DNA of 64,000 nucleotides from Candidatus Eiseniibacteriota bacterium (GTDB lineage Bacteria; Eisenbacteria; RBG-16-71-46; SZUA-252): NCBI GenBank assembly GCA_036380835.1, contig DASVDZ010000004.1, positions 7,482 to 71,481 of the forward strand, read 5' to 3'. Shown piece by piece: positions 63,024 to 64,000 of this stretch (position 1 is its first letter; each line of letters starts with the position of its first letter). The notes under the pieces were generated by a model. It saw only the letters and a program-made list of their open reading frames with translations, ran no database searches and was not told where the DNA came from. The position numbers and the translations under genes were made by a program.

Positions 63024-63655
63024 TGACGCGAGCGTTCCGGACGGCCGCGGACCGCGTCGTGCTCGCCACGGCGGCCGCGCTCCTCCTCGCGGGGTGCGCG
63101 GGGACGGGTCGCCGTTCGGAGTCCGGCGGCACGGTGCCAACGGACCATCCACGCGCGGCCCTCCTTCCGTTCGAGAATCTATCCGGACGCGAGGAGCAGG
63201 GACGCCTCTTCACGCAGGTGTTCCTCGTCGAGCTGGTGAAGAGCGGAGCGTGCGAGATGACGGAGCCGGGACACGTGGACGAGATGCTCGACCGGCTGGG
63301 TATCCGCGGGACGGGGTCGCTCTCCTCGGAGCAGCTCCGCCTCCTCGGCGACTCCCTCGACGTGCGCTACGTCTTCCTCGGGAGCGTTCTCGAGGCGGGA
63401 ACCGTCAAGACCTGGGACGGCGAAACGCCGTCGGCCGGCGCGGCCCTCAGGATGGTCGAGCCCGCGACGGGGCGCGTCGTCTGGGCGGGACTCAAGGTCC
63501 GAACGGGCGACGACGGTGAGACGGTATTCGGATGGGGTCGGGAGCAGAGCGCGCAGCGGTTGGTCTCGCGCCTCGCGCGGGAGATGCTCGGGCCGTTCGT
63601 GGACGCCGGCGCCGCATGGCGCCGCCAAGGCGGGAAGATCGGGGGAACGAAATGA
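63023..63655 (+). CDS. Small lipoprotein, paralog 2
   Basis: 210 aa. ATG overlaps the upstream stop (TGATG). Canonical lipobox LLLAGCAG. Shares AALLPFENLSG ... YVFLGSVLEAG ... GRVVWAG with paralog 1. Confidence 0.7.
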   Translation: MTRAFRTAADRVVLATAAALLLAGCAGTGRRSESGGTVPTDHPRAALLPFENLSGREEQGRLFTQVFLVELVKSGACEMTEPGHVDEMLDRLGIRGTGSLSSEQLRLLGDSLDVRYVFLGSVLEAGTVKTWDGETPSAGAALRMVEPATGRVVWAGLKVRTGDDGETVFGWGREQSAQRLVSRLAREMLGPFVDAGAAWRRQGGKIGGTK

Positions 63656-64000
63656 AGCGGCACGCCGTGGAATTCGGTCGTTGGCTTCGCCTCGTCGCCG
63701 CGTGCCTCGTTCTGGCGCTCGCGGCCCTCGGTGCCGCACCCACGGTGCGGCCCGTCACGAGCCACGCCAAGAACAAGAGCATCGGGAAGCTCGAAACGGT
63801 GACCCTGGCGATCCGCCACCGCGTCTTCCACGAGTTCTCCGACGTCCGGCAGGTGAAGCTGAACCAGGACTTCGTCGTCGGCGACACCGAGTACTCCGGG
63901 CGCGTGGTCCGCTACGTCCCCGATTTCGCGATGGATCTGAAGACCGGCAAGGTCGTGACCCGGTCCGAGGAGCCGCGGAACCCGGCGTTCCAGATCATCG
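63652..64000 (+). CDS. Exported hypothetical protein (5' partial, runs off the window)
   Basis: ATG overlaps the upstream stop (ATGA). Signal peptide MKRHAVEFGRWLRLVAACLVLALAALGAAP. No recognisable motif in the 116 aa visible. Confidence 0.5.
   Translation, partial: MKRHAVEFGRWLRLVAACLVLALAALGAAPTVRPVTSHAKNKSIGKLETVTLAIRHRVFHEFSDVRQVKLNQDFVVGDTEYSGRVVRYVPDFAMDLKTGKVVTRSEEPRNPAFQII

Overview
This is a very GC-rich bacterial chromosomal window, densely coded on both strands, with about 55 genes. I found no rRNA, CRISPR array, transposase or integrase. Because of the GC content, the six-frame track contains many long spurious Arg/Gly/Pro-rich antisense ORFs, which I rejected.

Landmarks:
- tRNA-Gln(CUG) and tRNA-Glu(CUC), followed closely by a two-unit M16 peptidase and, nearby, gltX.
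- tkt, acnA, carA-carB, msrB, and rtcB with an archease gene whose product is fused to a phosphoribosyltransferase domain.
- Two large secreted proteins that end in a Por/T9SS-type (FlgD Ig-like) C-terminal sorting domain: an LVIVD-repeat protein, and a gingipain-like C25 peptidase with FG-GAP repeats.
- A complete clade-II (Sec-type) nitrous-oxide reductase cluster: crp/fnr regulator, hemerythrin-like gene, cytochrome c, nosZ-nosB-nosD-nosF-nosL, a small cupredoxin-like ORF, nosY, nnrS. It is flanked by a second, diverged copy of the cytochrome c gene and preceded by two FNR/Dnr-type palindromes.
- At the 3' end, the most unusual locus: an NHL-repeat protein, a 6-heme and a roughly 10-heme secreted c-type cytochrome, a large predicted outer-membrane beta-barrel and two paralogous small lipoproteins. 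I read this as a candidate porin-cytochrome (extracellular or outer-membrane electron-transfer) module with no recognisable Mtr/Omc orthology.

The lineage inference (Gemmatimonadota-like or a related FCB-type lineage) rests only on GC content, the FlgD/T9SS-type C-terminal domains and the clade-II lipoprotein NosZ. All calls come from reading the sequence; no searches were run.
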